Shown: positions 44,718 to 57,259 of the stretch, in pieces
How positions within the stretch are numbered: the first letter of the stretch is position 1
How the letters are laid out: every line of letters starts with the position of its first letter
DNA from: Candidatus Kaiserbacteria bacterium
GTDB taxonomy: Bacteria > Patescibacteriota > Minisyncoccia > Phycocordibacterales > UBA918
Assembly (NCBI GenBank): GCA_016699245.1
Contig: CP064968.1
Span: 921,015 to 985,014 of the forward strand
Length of the DNA stretch: 64,000 nucleotides
Direction: 5' to 3'
The notes under the pieces: generated by a model
Databases searched by the model: none
Told to the model about the DNA's origin: nothing
What the model saw: the letters and a program-made list of their open reading frames with translations, nothing else
Made by a program: the position numbers and the translations under genes

Positions 44718-45626
44718 TTATATGAATATCAAACAAAATCAATCACTCCTCTTCATACTTCCTGCATTCTTTTCTCTCGTCTCGATAGTGGCAATTCTCA
44801 TGTGGGGACTAAAACCAGGTATCGACTTGGCGGGCGGCTCAATGCTTCAAGTGTCCTATGAAAATCGTCCTGCTCTTGAGGAGGTGAATACCAAACTCGC
44901 AGAACTCAACTATGGTGAAATTCGCGTACAAGCATCAGGGGATAACGACTTTATGCTTCGCCAGCGCGAACTCAAGAATGAGGAAAAAGAAGCACTCATG
45001 GGTGCGCTCAATACCTTTGGTACCGCGACTGAAGTACAATTCAACTCCGTCGGCCCTTCCATCGGTGCTGAGATTGTCGAGAAGTCATGGTGGGCAATTG
45101 TACTCGTGTCTCTCTCTATCATCACCTTTATTGCGTTTGCATTTCGACATGTATCAGAGCCGGTATCCTCGTGGAAATATGGCGTCATTGCGATTGTGAC
45201 ACTTCTTCACGACATCCTTATTCCCACAGGGCTCTTTGCCTATCCTTGGATACGCGCGGGGGCAGAGGTAGGTGTGTTCTTTATTGTGGCGATTCTCACG
45301 ACACTCGGTATTTCCATTAATGACACTATTGTGGTGTTTGACCGTATTAGAGAGAATTTACACCTCAACGTACAAAATCGCAAAAAAGAAATTTTTGGAG
45401 ATGTTGTCTGGCGCAGTATTATGCAAACGATGGCACGTTCTATCAACACCTCAGTCACCGTGGTCATCATGCTCGTTGCACTCTTTGTGTGGGGCCAGAG
45501 TCTACTAAGGACTTCTCACTCACCCTTATTATTGGTATGGTGGCGGGTACCTATTCTTCAGTGTTCCTCGCAAGCCCACTCCTCGTCTATGCTGAAAAGT
45601 GGAAAAAGAAAGAGCTAAAAAAATAG
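44704..45626 (+). CDS. secF: Protein translocase subunit SecF, frameshift near 45510
   Basis: GIDLAGG, multi-TM region GISINDTIVVFDRIREN; C-terminal LIIGMVAGTYSSVFLASPLL is in the adjacent frame. Confidence 0.75.
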
Positions 45627-45628
45627 TC

Positions 45629-46171
45629 ATGATAATCGGCATCACGGGAACGTTGGGAGCTGGGAAGGGCGCGGTCGTCTCCTATCTTGTCCGTACCAAG
45701 GGTTTTACCCATTATTCCGCTCGGAGTTATTTTGCTGTACAGATGGAAAAACAGGGAATCACCCCTATCAACCGAGACACTATGGTGGAGTTTGCTAATT
45801 CACTTCGTGAACAAAATGGCCCACGACATATCTTTGATACACTCTATAAGGAAGCGGAAGCAAGTGGTAATCCTTCAGTAATAGAATCTATTCGCACTGT
45901 AGGAGAGGCAGAAGCACTCAAGGAGCGTGGCGGTGTACTCCTTGCAATTGATGCAGATGAACATATGCGCTATACACGCATCTGTGGACGTGGTAGTACA
46001 CATGACAAAGTGACGTTTGAAGAGTTTCAAACACAAGAAGCACGCGAAATGTATTCTGACGACCCCAATAAACAAAACATTAGTGCCGTGATGCGGATGG
46101 CCGATGTGACCATAGAAAACAATGGCACCCTCGGAGAACTACATGCGTCAATCGAGAAAGTATTTCAATAA
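45629..46171 (+). CDS. P-loop nucleotide/nucleoside kinase-like protein
   Basis: IIGITGTLGAGKG Walker A at the N-terminus, about 180 aa. Confidence 0.5.
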   Translation: MIIGITGTLGAGKGAVVSYLVRTKGFTHYSARSYFAVQMEKQGITPINRDTMVEFANSLREQNGPRHIFDTLYKEAEASGNPSVIESIRTVGEAEALKERGGVLLAIDADEHMRYTRICGRGSTHDKVTFEEFQTQEAREMYSDDPNKQNISAVMRMADVTIENNGTLGELHASIEKVFQ

Positions 46172-46265
46172 AGTGATGTGGTCGACTTACGATGTCGACC
46201 ATCATGTTGTTTGAGCTTTTTTTGCACACTAATTAGACTCTTCGTATACACTCCCGTGTTACAAT

Positions 46266-46895
46266 GTGCGTATTATGAAGTTTCAAGGTGAATTTGATGG
46301 ATCTGATAAACGAAAATATCCTAAGAAGAAACAAACTCGCCGTTCAAAGAGTGGAGATACACTGATAGACGACGCGGTTACGAGTTTTCCTACGGAGGAA
46401 GAGATGTCCCTGAGGATTGCGGAGCCTTCTATAGAAGAAGCGACTCCGAATGTTGTAGAATCGTCTATAGAAGAAGTATGCCCGAGCGCTGGAGAAACTC
46501 CTGTAGAAGTTGCGTCTCAGAGTGTTGTAGAGAATGCTGAGTCAGCAGAGGTTACTCCAGATGTTCAAGAATCCGCATTCCATGACATTCCTCGTGAGCA
46601 ACTTAAGGGTGTGCTAGAAGTTTTTAAATCAAAAGGAGGGTGGCAACGTACTCCGCCTCCTATTATTGAGGCATTAAAAACCTCTGGTTTTACAGTGCGT
46701 ATTACGAAAAGAGGAACTGCAGAAAAACGAGGTGACACGTTACAACTTTCACGACCCAACGATACTGAGGTACATATCTACTCTACCGACGAAGCAGCAG
46801 AATTGTTGAGGAAAATAATAGGCGAACAGCGCATACGTGAAAAACATCGTAAACGAGAAAAAAAGGAATTATCACAAGCCTCTGTGGTAAGGTGA
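46266..46895 (+). CDS. Hypothetical acidic protein, first fragment of a probably larger frameshift-fragmented gene (46.2-49.9 kb)
   Basis: ORF only. Downstream ORFs on the same strand continue in shifting frames. Confidence 0.35.
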   Translation: MRIMKFQGEFDGSDKRKYPKKKQTRRSKSGDTLIDDAVTSFPTEEEMSLRIAEPSIEEATPNVVESSIEEVCPSAGETPVEVASQSVVENAESAEVTPDVQESAFHDIPREQLKGVLEVFKSKGGWQRTPPPIIEALKTSGFTVRITKRGTAEKRGDTLQLSRPNDTEVHIYSTDEAAELLRKIIGEQRIREKHRKREKKELSQASVVR

Positions 46896-46905
46896 AGATG
46901 CACCT

Positions 46906-47657
46906 TTGCCAGTCAATGAAGATTCAGAAGAGGCTGTGGCAGCAAATACGCTGCCTGTAACTCTAGACGGGGAAGTAGTACAAAACCAGGCACCAGATAC
47001 TCAAGACTTTGTTGAAGGCGACTCGGATATTGAAGATGCGGTGATACTCAGCGAGACACCGAGGTCAAATATCGGTAAGGAACAAGTGCAAAAACCAGCA
47101 GCGCTCACCTCAGAAATCCTAAAGGATGAAAAAGTGAAGATGACGACGTCGCACATGCTACCGATGAAATGTTGCGCGAGCGTGCCAGCAGGATTGCAAC
47201 TGTGCGTGCAGAAATTCTTGCGAGCGAAGAAGGTGGAGAAGAGGAAACCTTAGAACTCCGTGCAGAAATATCTCCGGCACTCGAGCGACCAAAGAAACTT
47301 AATGAAAGTGTTTTGTCTGCGTTTGGTGTCACAGATGAAAACTGGGAACTAATTCCTGGAAGCGGAAATATTTCTACGGACGAAATTGAAGAAGTGCTTG
47401 CGCGAACGATACGTGAAGAAGGAGGGCCCGAACACACAGAAACATCACCGGCACCCGAGCGGCCACAGATGTTTGATGAACGTCTTGCATCTGAATTTGG
47501 TGTCACAAAAGAAATGTGGGATCGAATTCCAGGAAGTGAAAAACTTTCTTTTGCGCAACAAAATTGGTATTTGAAAATCTCCGCGAATTCAGCGAGCGTG
47601 ATAAGACACCACATCTTGCGCGAATATGGGAGGGTATTAAGGAAAACTCGGAAGTAA
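46906..47657 (+). CDS. Hypothetical protein fragments with internal repeats (...ERP..ESVLSAFGVTDENWELIPGS... x2)
   Basis: Two overlapping ORFs (46906-47253, 47169-47657) in different frames. Internal duplicated about 35-aa motif. Confidence 0.3.
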
Positions 47658-48017
47658 AAAGGATGTCGGACCAACACTCGATGCACTTTCACGACTCGTA
47701 GAAAGTGCAGCGCTCTACGGACCAAAGGTTCATGAAGAAGATGGTGAACTTTTGATTGATTTTGTGGGATTAGACATGCCTCGCGAGAATAGGAAAGGAG
47801 TGGAAACAAGCCTTTGACTCTCTTAATGAAGCTGCGCATCGCCTGAGCAAAACTCCTTCGGCATGGCAAGAGGATGGTATTGGGACGCATAGTGAAAAGG
47901 AATCAAAAATGATGTCGTTTATTAAAGAAAGTTTTTCTCCGGCACGCAAGCGCTTCAATGAATATAAAGAAATAGAAGAGACATACGTTGCTGCGAAAAA
48001 AGAACTGAGTCGGGTAC

Positions 48018-48907
48018 TTGAAGCTGCATATCGATCCAATGGTAATTGCTGAAAGATTTGTGAGTATCGACAAGAATGTCTACGCACTTCAGTTTCAGCA
48101 AACCTCACCCGATGCAGTAGAGGCGGTCAAAAATATTCCTGACGCAAGCATGTGGAAGATGATCGGCAAGTCACTCTGCAAACCATCAAACCTTGGTTAT
48201 ATGGCGCTCGGTGCGGTGTCGCGTACTGCGCTAGCGGGGGTCATGGGGGTTTTGCAGCGCCGGTCACGAGCGCGGCTATAGCGGGTAGTCGTGCATGGAA
48301 TAGAAGTGCAGCAGAAATGCGCGAGCGCGATAGAGCAGCACGCATGGGTACACGGGATACTTCAGATGAAGCACTTAATATCGTGAGTGCAGAAATGTCT
48401 ATTGATATTGGCGGTGAAAAGCGTGAAGTGGGCGCTACACAAAAATTGCAAAAGCTGATTGATGAATACCAGATACTTGTGCAAGTAGAAGAAACACAGC
48501 AAGAGACACCGGAGTATAAAAAGAAAATGAGTACTCTGGTCGACCGTATCAAAGTGCGTGCATCCTATGTGGAAGACAAGCAACGGCTCAATCGCATTAG
48601 TTTTGGAAACAAAGAAGAGCGAGCCGTCCAAATGGCAAAACTCTATGAAACTCTTGCGTTGGCGCAAATGGTAGTTGCCGACCGTCATGTACCAAAGATG
48701 AGTGTGCTTGAAGATCGGCTCGGAAAAATCTTATTTCAGAAAGAAAATACACTGCAAAACAAGCGCCGTGCACGGCAAGTAAAAGATGCATCATGGAATG
48801 CACTTCGTGCAGGAGGGTTTGCTGCGGCCGGTGGTCTCCTCGCGCGTGAGATACAAGAGTTGGGATTGGAAGAAAAAGTGCGAACCTCGGAGGTGCTCAG
48901 GGTGTAA
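48018..48907 (+). CDS. Hypothetical protein fragments (coiled-coil rich)
   Basis: ORFs 48018-48281 and 48152-48907 in adjacent frames. Confidence 0.3.
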
Positions 48908-49008
48908 AAGGAATCACCGCTCACGACGGACCACTCCTCACCCCCGATGAAGCCGCGCGTGCAAGTGCTGATTCAACAACCACTGCTCCAGGGAACGCAC
49001 CATTACCT

Positions 49009-49863
49009 ATGGAAACTGCAATTCCAAAAGTTGCTGAAGTACCAGAGGTGCCAAAGTTGGAATCATATACCATTCGTCCAGGAGATACCCTTACAAAGAT
49101 TATGAAAGAACAACTGTCTGAGATACAGGAACTTGGTGCAGGTAAGGAACAAAATACCGCTATCGCCAATATCTTACGTGAACTTTCTCCTGAAGAACTT
49201 AGAAGTATTGGTGTGCGAAGCGAAAACCCAAACCTTATCTACGCGGACGAGACTATAAATATCGAAGCACTGCATAAAATAATAGAGAGTCATCAGTCTG
49301 TTATCGATGACGCAGCTACACGAGTGGAAGAGGCGGCGAAGGTAGTAGAGGAAACAGGAAGAGTAACAGTAAAAGTACCTGAAGATTCAATTGTATTTAA
49401 TCCTTCTTCAAAAGATGATTATTTCCCTGACCCTACAAACGCAAGTGAACAATTAAATCTTCGCACACTGATTTATAAGGACGCTACTGAAAATACGGAG
49501 AGGTGGATGAAACTATATCCTCGGGCAAACGCACAAGATGCAGTAAAAGCAGGTATCGTGGAAGGCCATTTCAAGAATCTTTTTGGCGAAAAATGGGCGA
49601 CTACAGGTGAAGTGCGTGTGACGGATTTACTTACTCGTGGGCCACAGTTTCAGAACGAAAACCCTGATCGATTGATGTATGAACTTAAAAAACTCGTAGA
49701 GACAGTGGAAAAACCACCAATGAATGTAGCGCCAATGCCCGCTGAAAATATGAAGGAGTATCTCGAGCGTGCAAGCATGGCGTATGCAGAGAGAGGAAAT
49801 GAAATACCCGGTAATAATCTTATTCGAAAGATTGAGACATACTACCAGGCAACAAAGCGCTAG
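49009..49863 (+). CDS. LysM-domain-containing hypothetical protein (probable C-terminal part of the fragmented gene)
   Basis: YTIRPGDTLTKIMKEQL is LysM-like. ORF frame is open upstream of the first Met. Confidence 0.45.
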   Translation: METAIPKVAEVPEVPKLESYTIRPGDTLTKIMKEQLSEIQELGAGKEQNTAIANILRELSPEELRSIGVRSENPNLIYADETINIEALHKIIESHQSVIDDAATRVEEAAKVVEETGRVTVKVPEDSIVFNPSSKDDYFPDPTNASEQLNLRTLIYKDATENTERWMKLYPRANAQDAVKAGIVEGHFKNLFGEKWATTGEVRVTDLLTRGPQFQNENPDRLMYELKKLVETVEKPPMNVAPMPAENMKEYLERASMAYAERGNEIPGNNLIRKIETYYQATKR

Positions 49864-49927
49864 AGGCGAATTATTATAAGAAAATCCCTTCACAAAAATT
49901 GCATTTTTGTGAAGGGATTTTATATAG

Positions 49928-50626
49928 CTATGCGTGGATGAGTGTTCCTACGAATGCTCTTTTCTCAAGGTAGTTTTCAATTTCGTTGATCCTTTTTCCA
50001 TTGATGATAGCAACCTCGATGTCATGTGCTTCAGCAGCACGTGCCGCTACAGGGTCAAAAGGGGAAGAGAGCCCCGGGTTCCATTCGGTGGGGATGAGAC
50101 GCATAAAGTCGGCCCATCGAATAGACTCTATTTTTTCTGCAGCGGGATTTTTCCTCGGGTCTTCGGTGTACACATAATCAATGTTGGAAAGATTCATTAC
50201 TTTATGAGCATGGATATTTGAAGCAATTTGTACCGCACGAAGGTCTGTGGACGCTCCGGGGCGATACCCTGCGGCAATGATAAGCGGTGTACCCTTGGGG
50301 ACGTCCATAATTTCATCAGGATTGGTAATCATGACGGGATGTGCTACATCGCGAAAGATAGTGCGGAGGAGATGGCCATTCAAGCGCGTTGCGTGTATAC
50401 CCATCCAGTCGAGGTCTTCGGGGTCGAGCTCAGAGACTTTTGCTGCTGCATCTTGGTAGCGGCGCGCTGTTCTTCCTCCTCCTGCGATAATAATAAACCG
50501 TCGCTTGTGGACGGTGATTTGTCGTTCTATGAGATTCCGGAGTTCGATTAAAAAATGGGTGTCAATTGCATCGGGTACAATGAGTGACCCACCGACTGAC
50601 ATCACTACTGTTTCGTGTATGTGCAT
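49928..50626 (-). CDS. pyrH: UMP kinase (archaeal-type, amino-acid-kinase fold)
   Basis: VMSVGGSLI..., FIIIAGGGRTARRY..., LIIAAGYRPGASTD..., about 225 aa, typical of archaeal-type PyrH. Confidence 0.75.
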   Translation of the reverse strand: MHIHETVVMSVGGSLIVPDAIDTHFLIELRNLIERQITVHKRRFIIIAGGGRTARRYQDAAAKVSELDPEDLDWMGIHATRLNGHLLRTIFRDVAHPVMITNPDEIMDVPKGTPLIIAAGYRPGASTDLRAVQIASNIHAHKVMNLSNIDYVYTEDPRKNPAAEKIESIRWADFMRLIPTEWNPGLSSPFDPVAARAAEAHDIEVAIINGKRINEIENYLEKRAFVGTLIHA

Positions 50627-50967
50627 TACGCTAGAGTGTATCGCGCTTTTGGGTAAGACACCACCCCTAACTCCAAAGGGAATGGTGAAAAGTTATCCAC
50701 AGCGCACACGTGTGGTACTTGCATTAAAAATTGCTTCTGGTATTATATGTAAGTCAGCAACGCGCCGACACCTGTTCCTTCGGTCTCCCAAGACCACCCC
50801 CTTTGGTCACTTTGACCACCCAATTCCTAAAAACTTGCCCATGGCAAGTTTTTTTATGTTTTAAGAATCGAGAAGTTAGCGCGATAACAAATTAAGTAAG
50901 TATCAAGGCGTCGCCTTGATACGGAGGGTGTTGAATTAAGTCTTGATGCAGAGCCGTTTCTAAGTGC

Positions 50968-50996
50968 TTGACAAATATTTAAATGCGTGTATACTA
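50968..50996 (+). promoter_or_regulatory. Sigma-70-like promoter (TTGACA-17-TATACT) upstream of the 51119 gene
   Basis: cttgacaaatatttaaatgcgtgtatactact. Confidence 0.5.
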
Positions 50997-51118
50997 CTGC
51001 CAGTTCTGTTGGAGCGGGGAAAGTATTATTTCCCGGTCCCCGTTTCGGCGGGGCACTCTTTTCGGCGCAGATTTGCACCGATATAATCCAACTTGTTGTT
51101 ATTTCAAGGAGAGTTACC

Positions 51119-51556
51119 ATGAAATCGTTCATCAAATCGGCAGTTATTACGATTGCCATCGGCCTTTGTTTTGTCACCTCCGCCTTCGCAACCTGCGTCA
51201 GTGGCTGCGTTACGCCTCCGCCTCCGGCACCCACCCAAACGACAACCTTCATGGTTGGTGGTGCTTCCAACTTTGGCGGCATGGGCGGTGCAGTATTTCA
51301 GGGCAATGACGGATATGCAAGGGTCGAAAAAAATGGCTACGGTGGCGTTGACGTCACTGTTGACGCAGCGGGAAACCTCTGCGGGATTGATTGCCAGTCC
51401 GGCAAGTTCAAGTTCAACGGCTACGCCGGCGAACATGTCAAGGCGAGCGCAGGTGCGCTTTCCACACATTCCGGAGTTCCCGCGATTGCGGAGAACAAAG
51501 GATCTGCCTTTGGCAACGTCACCTTCGGGGTCCAAAAGACTCTGAGCAACAAGTAG
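51119..51556 (+). CDS. Secreted hypothetical protein (signal peptide, Cys/Gly-rich), high-GC island
   Basis: AAGGAGA Shine-Dalgarno 6 nt upstream. Signal peptide MKSFIKSAVITIAIGLCFVTSAFA. Confidence 0.55.
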   Translation: MKSFIKSAVITIAIGLCFVTSAFATCVSGCVTPPPPAPTQTTTFMVGGASNFGGMGGAVFQGNDGYARVEKNGYGGVDVTVDAAGNLCGIDCQSGKFKFNGYAGEHVKASAGALSTHSGVPAIAENKGSAFGNVTFGVQKTLSNK

Positions 51557-51871
51557 CCTGTCGGCTCTGTTCTCGGGGGGATTCATTCCCCGGAAAAGTC
51601 TCGGCGATTGCTGAGCAAGGGTCGCATCACGCAACCATAGCCGCCATCTCAATTTATCGAGATGGCGGTTTTTCTATATAATTTTTAAACATCTTACCGA
51701 GGCAAGTCCTTGGTGAGATGTTTTTTGGAATTGGGCGATTTTATTATGTACTCTATGCCACATTACATAGCGAGGGGGGAGTGCTTGCTTTTTTACTAAA
51801 GTATGGTAGAATCCTCAAGCATCGGGGCGCATCCCGCGTTCCTTGACACTACGAAAGAAAGGAAGTCCAAG

Positions 51872-52192
51872 ATGAAGTCTGTATTAGCGCTTATGTGCGT
51901 GCTTTTGGTTTTGCTTGGCGCGGAAAGCGCTCTTGCAGGCCCAGGGAAGGGTGTGAAAACATTCCTTGTCCCAAAACCCGTGGTTCAAGAAAAGCCACTT
52001 CCCGAAAAGACATGTCGAGTTTACAGTACAACTGAGACAACAGTGGTTTATTCCCCTGACGTATCAGTTGGGGCGCAGTTCATCCAGCCTGGATGTTGCT
52101 GTGCTTCAAATGGAATCTACATTCCCGGGGTGAGTGTGCCATCACAAAGCACGCCCACCACACTCACTCAAACTGTCGTAATTTGCGACTAA
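51872..52192 (+). CDS. Secreted hypothetical protein
   Basis: Signal peptide MKSVLALMCVLLVLLGAESALA. AGGAAG Shine-Dalgarno upstream. Confidence 0.5.
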   Translation: MKSVLALMCVLLVLLGAESALAGPGKGVKTFLVPKPVVQEKPLPEKTCRVYSTTETTVVYSPDVSVGAQFIQPGCCCASNGIYIPGVSVPSQSTPTTLTQTVVICD

Positions 52193-52211
52193 CTCAACAA
52201 GGAGATTCACC

Positions 52212-52742
52212 ATGAAAAACATGATTGTTCGTGCTTCACTTTTTGCGTTTACGCTTATGCTCACCGCGTGCGGTGGCGTGAGTATGGAAAGAGGTCCTGA
52301 CGGGAAGTATCTCGGCATGACCACCGTATGGCACATCGACAGATCTGCAAGCCGAATCGCAGAATATGTGGAAGACGGCCTGAATCCGAATGGAAGTCCA
52401 AAGTTCAAGGAGGTGGTGAAGAAGGTTACAGTGAAGAGGTCGGACGGAAGTACCGTAACTGAAGAAGTCAGCACTGCTAACCTTTCAGTTGGTCCGACGG
52501 TTGCTGGTCAAGCGACGGTGGCTGTTGTTGGTGGTGTTTCAACCGCTGCAACGCAGGGCGCCTTCGGTATCGCGATAGCGAAAGAAGCTTCAAAAGCTTG
52601 CAAGGATGGGAAATGTAGTGGCAACGGCACCGTTATCTATAACGACGGCAGTGCTTTGTCGCTTTCCAATTCGGAAAGCAATGCGAACTCGTCAGTTCGC
52701 ACGAACGGTGCACCCTGTACAGGGCCTTGTTTGGCACACTGA
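52212..52742 (+). CDS. Lipoprotein, hypothetical
   Basis: Lipobox LTAC|GG after the signal peptide. AAGGAG Shine-Dalgarno 8 nt upstream. Confidence 0.55.
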   Translation: MKNMIVRASLFAFTLMLTACGGVSMERGPDGKYLGMTTVWHIDRSASRIAEYVEDGLNPNGSPKFKEVVKKVTVKRSDGSTVTEEVSTANLSVGPTVAGQATVAVVGGVSTAATQGAFGIAIAKEASKACKDGKCSGNGTVIYNDGSALSLSNSESNANSSVRTNGAPCTGPCLAH

Positions 52743-52802
52743 TGTGCAGGTGGCGGCGGGCGAAGCCCGCCGCTCCACTTCATAAAAGAAAGGAAGGAAA
52801 TC

Positions 52803-53699
52803 ATGAAAACCCTAAAAAGTTTGATTGCGTTGATTGCGGTGCTTGTTTCGTCCTCGGCTCTTGCCGCGGACGCGCAGGTATTCCAAAAGATGTCGGGAGA
52901 ATCTTTCCCGAGATTCAAGGAGAGCCTCGAAACGCAGGGACTGCTTCAGGAATCGAAGGGGATTCAGTTTTTCGACACGAAGGTGCTGGCCAGTGCGGCC
53001 TGTGACTTTTCCGAAAAACCAGACCCAAAAGCGCATCAACAGAAATACGGAACAACAGAGAAGTGCCAAGGCATCTTCATTGCCCGTAACGGTTTGGGTG
53101 GCACCATGACACTCGACGACTTCCGTACACAGGGCCAAGGCGTCGGCTTCTGGCTTGCAGACATTTCTGCAGGGGCAGGGCCGGTAGTCGCAGCAGCAGC
53201 CCCCAAGGCTGTCGCTACCGAGTCAAAAGATGACGGCAAGATGAACAGTCTTCTCGCCGGTCTCACCTCTCTCATCAAGCGATTTGATATGCTTAGTGAG
53301 AGTGAGAAAGTAACCAAAAAGAAGGTTGAGGAAATTCTCATCCAACAAAAACAGGTTAATGCGGTCACGGCGCGTATCGAAGCGCTCGAGAAGCAAACTG
53401 CAGGTCTTGACCATAGGGCCGGGGCAACCGATGGAGACGTCAAATTGCTCAAAAAGGATGTCGCCGATGTCAACAAAGACGTTGCCGGTATCAACACGCG
53501 CGTCACGAGCATCGAAAAGATGCCGATTGTCGCCTTTGGCAACGTGGTACTCGGCATCGTCCTCATTATGGCATTTGTGCTGTGCTTGATGGCTTATGTC
53601 GTGTATCGTAAGGCAAAAGCCGCTTCTGTGTCACAACGACCAGCGTCGGCGCAACACATACCTGCTTCAAACGAATCAGTGGTACGCAAAGCAGCGTGA
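52803..53699 (+). CDS. Secreted, C-terminally membrane-anchored coiled-coil protein
   Basis: Signal peptide, coiled-coil (…VTARIEALEKQTAGLD…), C-terminal TM helix. AGGAAGGA Shine-Dalgarno upstream. Confidence 0.5.
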   Translation: MKTLKSLIALIAVLVSSSALAADAQVFQKMSGESFPRFKESLETQGLLQESKGIQFFDTKVLASAACDFSEKPDPKAHQQKYGTTEKCQGIFIARNGLGGTMTLDDFRTQGQGVGFWLADISAGAGPVVAAAAPKAVATESKDDGKMNSLLAGLTSLIKRFDMLSESEKVTKKKVEEILIQQKQVNAVTARIEALEKQTAGLDHRAGATDGDVKLLKKDVADVNKDVAGINTRVTSIEKMPIVAFGNVVLGIVLIMAFVLCLMAYVVYRKAKAASVSQRPASAQHIPASNESVVRKAA

Positions 53700-53854
53700 C
53701 CAGCAGAAGCAGACCTGTAGTCGGCCACCAACCTTTCGTAGTATTGTTCCAAGACCTTTTAAGACCCTCGCTTCGGCAGGGTCTTTCTTTTTGTAAAAAA
53801 TGTGTTATAATACACGTCGTTGTTCTGTTTAAAACTTTTTTCAAGGAGACCATC

Positions 53855-54646
53855 ATGGTCAATGTGCATAGAATCACCGTGTGGCTTTGTGCCATGTTTT
53901 TCCTCGCAGGTTGCAGTACCGTGCGATTCACCTCGACCACTTCATCAGGGGGAGAAGCGGCCACAGGTACGTCACCACTCAGGACTTCAGGATATGTCTC
54001 TAAGACACCTGAGTCTTCAGTGAAGTCATACCAGTACGGTCGCTTCACAGTCCTCGTGGATGAAAGCGGAAGTCAAAAAGTCGAGGGCGGGGTGTTTACA
54101 CCATCCCCGACAATGTCCTTTGCACCGACGCGCGCACATGTACTTTTCATCAATTACGTAACCAAAGAACTCTCGTACTATCGGCGCACTGGCGCAGGTA
54201 CCTATGAGCCGATCATTGGCTACGCAGTAGTGACTCCACTCTCACAGGCGCTGCCACGAGACGTGGTGCAGGGAAGTGTCCGACGTATTGATACGGCACC
54301 CACGTGGTGTCCCACGAAACGCATTCGTGAAAAGTACACCGACCTTCCTCCTGGCTGTCTCAATTTTGGACATCCAACGAATGCGATGGGTGTCGCAAAG
54401 TTTGAAGTATCATGGAGCGTACCAGGATTTGAATTGGTACGCCTTCATGGTACCAGCGGTTATCCATCAGGCAACTTTTGGGAGGAGGAGACCTTTGGCT
54501 GCACACGACTTGAAAACAATGCGATGAAAGAACTCATCGATTTGCTTGGGCCGAATGCGGTTAAAGAGGGAATCGAAATCATCGCGTATCGTGGCAAAGT
54601 ACCACAAGAAAAGGAGAAAAAACCACCAATTATTTCTGCCGAATAG
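53855..54646 (+). CDS. L,D-transpeptidase (YkuD) family lipoprotein
   Basis: Lipobox FLAGC. C-terminal VRLHGTSGYPSGNFWEEETFGCTRLENNAMKEL matches the YkuD catalytic His/Cys motif. AAGGAGA Shine-Dalgarno upstream. Confidence 0.65.
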   Translation: MVNVHRITVWLCAMFFLAGCSTVRFTSTTSSGGEAATGTSPLRTSGYVSKTPESSVKSYQYGRFTVLVDESGSQKVEGGVFTPSPTMSFAPTRAHVLFINYVTKELSYYRRTGAGTYEPIIGYAVVTPLSQALPRDVVQGSVRRIDTAPTWCPTKRIREKYTDLPPGCLNFGHPTNAMGVAKFEVSWSVPGFELVRLHGTSGYPSGNFWEEETFGCTRLENNAMKELIDLLGPNAVKEGIEIIAYRGKVPQEKEKKPPIISAE

Positions 54647-55117
54647 GCAAAAGTAGCAAAAGATCAGGGCCTTGGCATCACCGCCAGGGCCCTTTTTCTA
54701 TATTTCCACTCTAAACCCTTGCAAATTATTAATGCTTCTGTATAATGCTTGTCATTGTTCATCGGGAGTTGTAAATCGGCTTTTTTCTGTACTCTACGTG
54801 CGGAAAAATTCCTGTTGCTTTCGAACGAGAACAATATGTCATTTGATAATTAAATACGTACATATGATGAAGCAACATCGTATGTAATTCATATTTAGTT
54901 TTGTGTGTTTTTTAAAAATATACAGAACGGTATGCATCAGCAAAAATGTTAAGACAAAAGCATTATCATGTTTTCTGAATTTATTTTGGAAACGTGCATT
55001 CTCTTTTGTCTTATCCTTGGAAATAGTTTGTTGAGCGGAAATGTTAGTACATATTTCCACATGCTCACAAACGCAAGATCGCCTATCACTTCGGTGATAG
55101 AGATCCTGTTTTAACTT

Positions 55118-56568
<1,451 letters not shown>

Positions 56569-56730
56569 AATTGGACACGTCGTTGAGTTCTGGTAACAGA
56601 ATCTCGAAAAACGGCTAATTGGTCGACATTTTGTGCCTCAATTGAGCACAAAATAAGGAATGATACCTAACCTTCAAGATAGTATCTGTACTCTACGGAA
56701 AGACGTAGCCAGGATAAGACAAAAGAGAGT

Positions 56731-56830
56731 GGAGTCTGCTGATGAAAAAAGCGAAAAACCATACATAAAATGTATGGTTTTTCGCTTTTTTCATCAGAAC
56801 ACGACACCTGCGTGTCGTGTGGCAGACTCC
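56731..56830. other. Compound perfect palindrome in the 16S-tRNA-Ile spacer (27-bp-stem hairpin nested in an outer 9-bp stem)
   Basis: ggagtctgc-tgatgaaaaaagcgaaaaaccatacat-aaaa-tgtatggtttttcgcttttttcatca-...-gcagactcc. Confidence 0.5.
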
Positions 56831-57259
56831 ACTCGTCGGAGCGATGTTTTGTCGACCTCAAGGAGACAAAACCGCGAGACGCGACCACGCGTGCTTATGA
56901 GCGTCAGCGAATTAGCAAAAGCGGGTTGAAGGCGCTGAGGTGTTTCTGAGGGCCTCGCACTTTCTGTCGACAATCACTGACCGGAATATCCTTTGCCTAT
57001 GCAAAGGCGGGGGCCGACAACCACTTATGAAGGTGCGGGGCGGAAAGGCGCATTGCTATTTTCATTCCTAATGGCAATAGCGAGACCCACTTGGCTAGAA
57101 TTGTCCCACAAGAGTATTTCCATTTTCCTAATTCCTTCCAGTCATAAGGAAAATTGGTCACTTGGGCTGAGGCGACTCGGTCTTGTCATATCGTATAATT
57201 ACTCGCACCGACGAATCGTTATTTATTTACGTCTCAAATCTATTTCCACTTCCAATATC

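Noticed and set aside
47105-47890. 261-aa minus-strand ORF
   Set aside because: Antisense to the plus-strand fragmented hypothetical gene. Ser/Arg-rich low-complexity translation typical of an antisense frame.
53036-54048. 176-aa and 160-aa minus-strand ORFs
   Set aside because: Antisense to SD-bearing, signal-peptide-containing plus-strand genes in the high-GC island.
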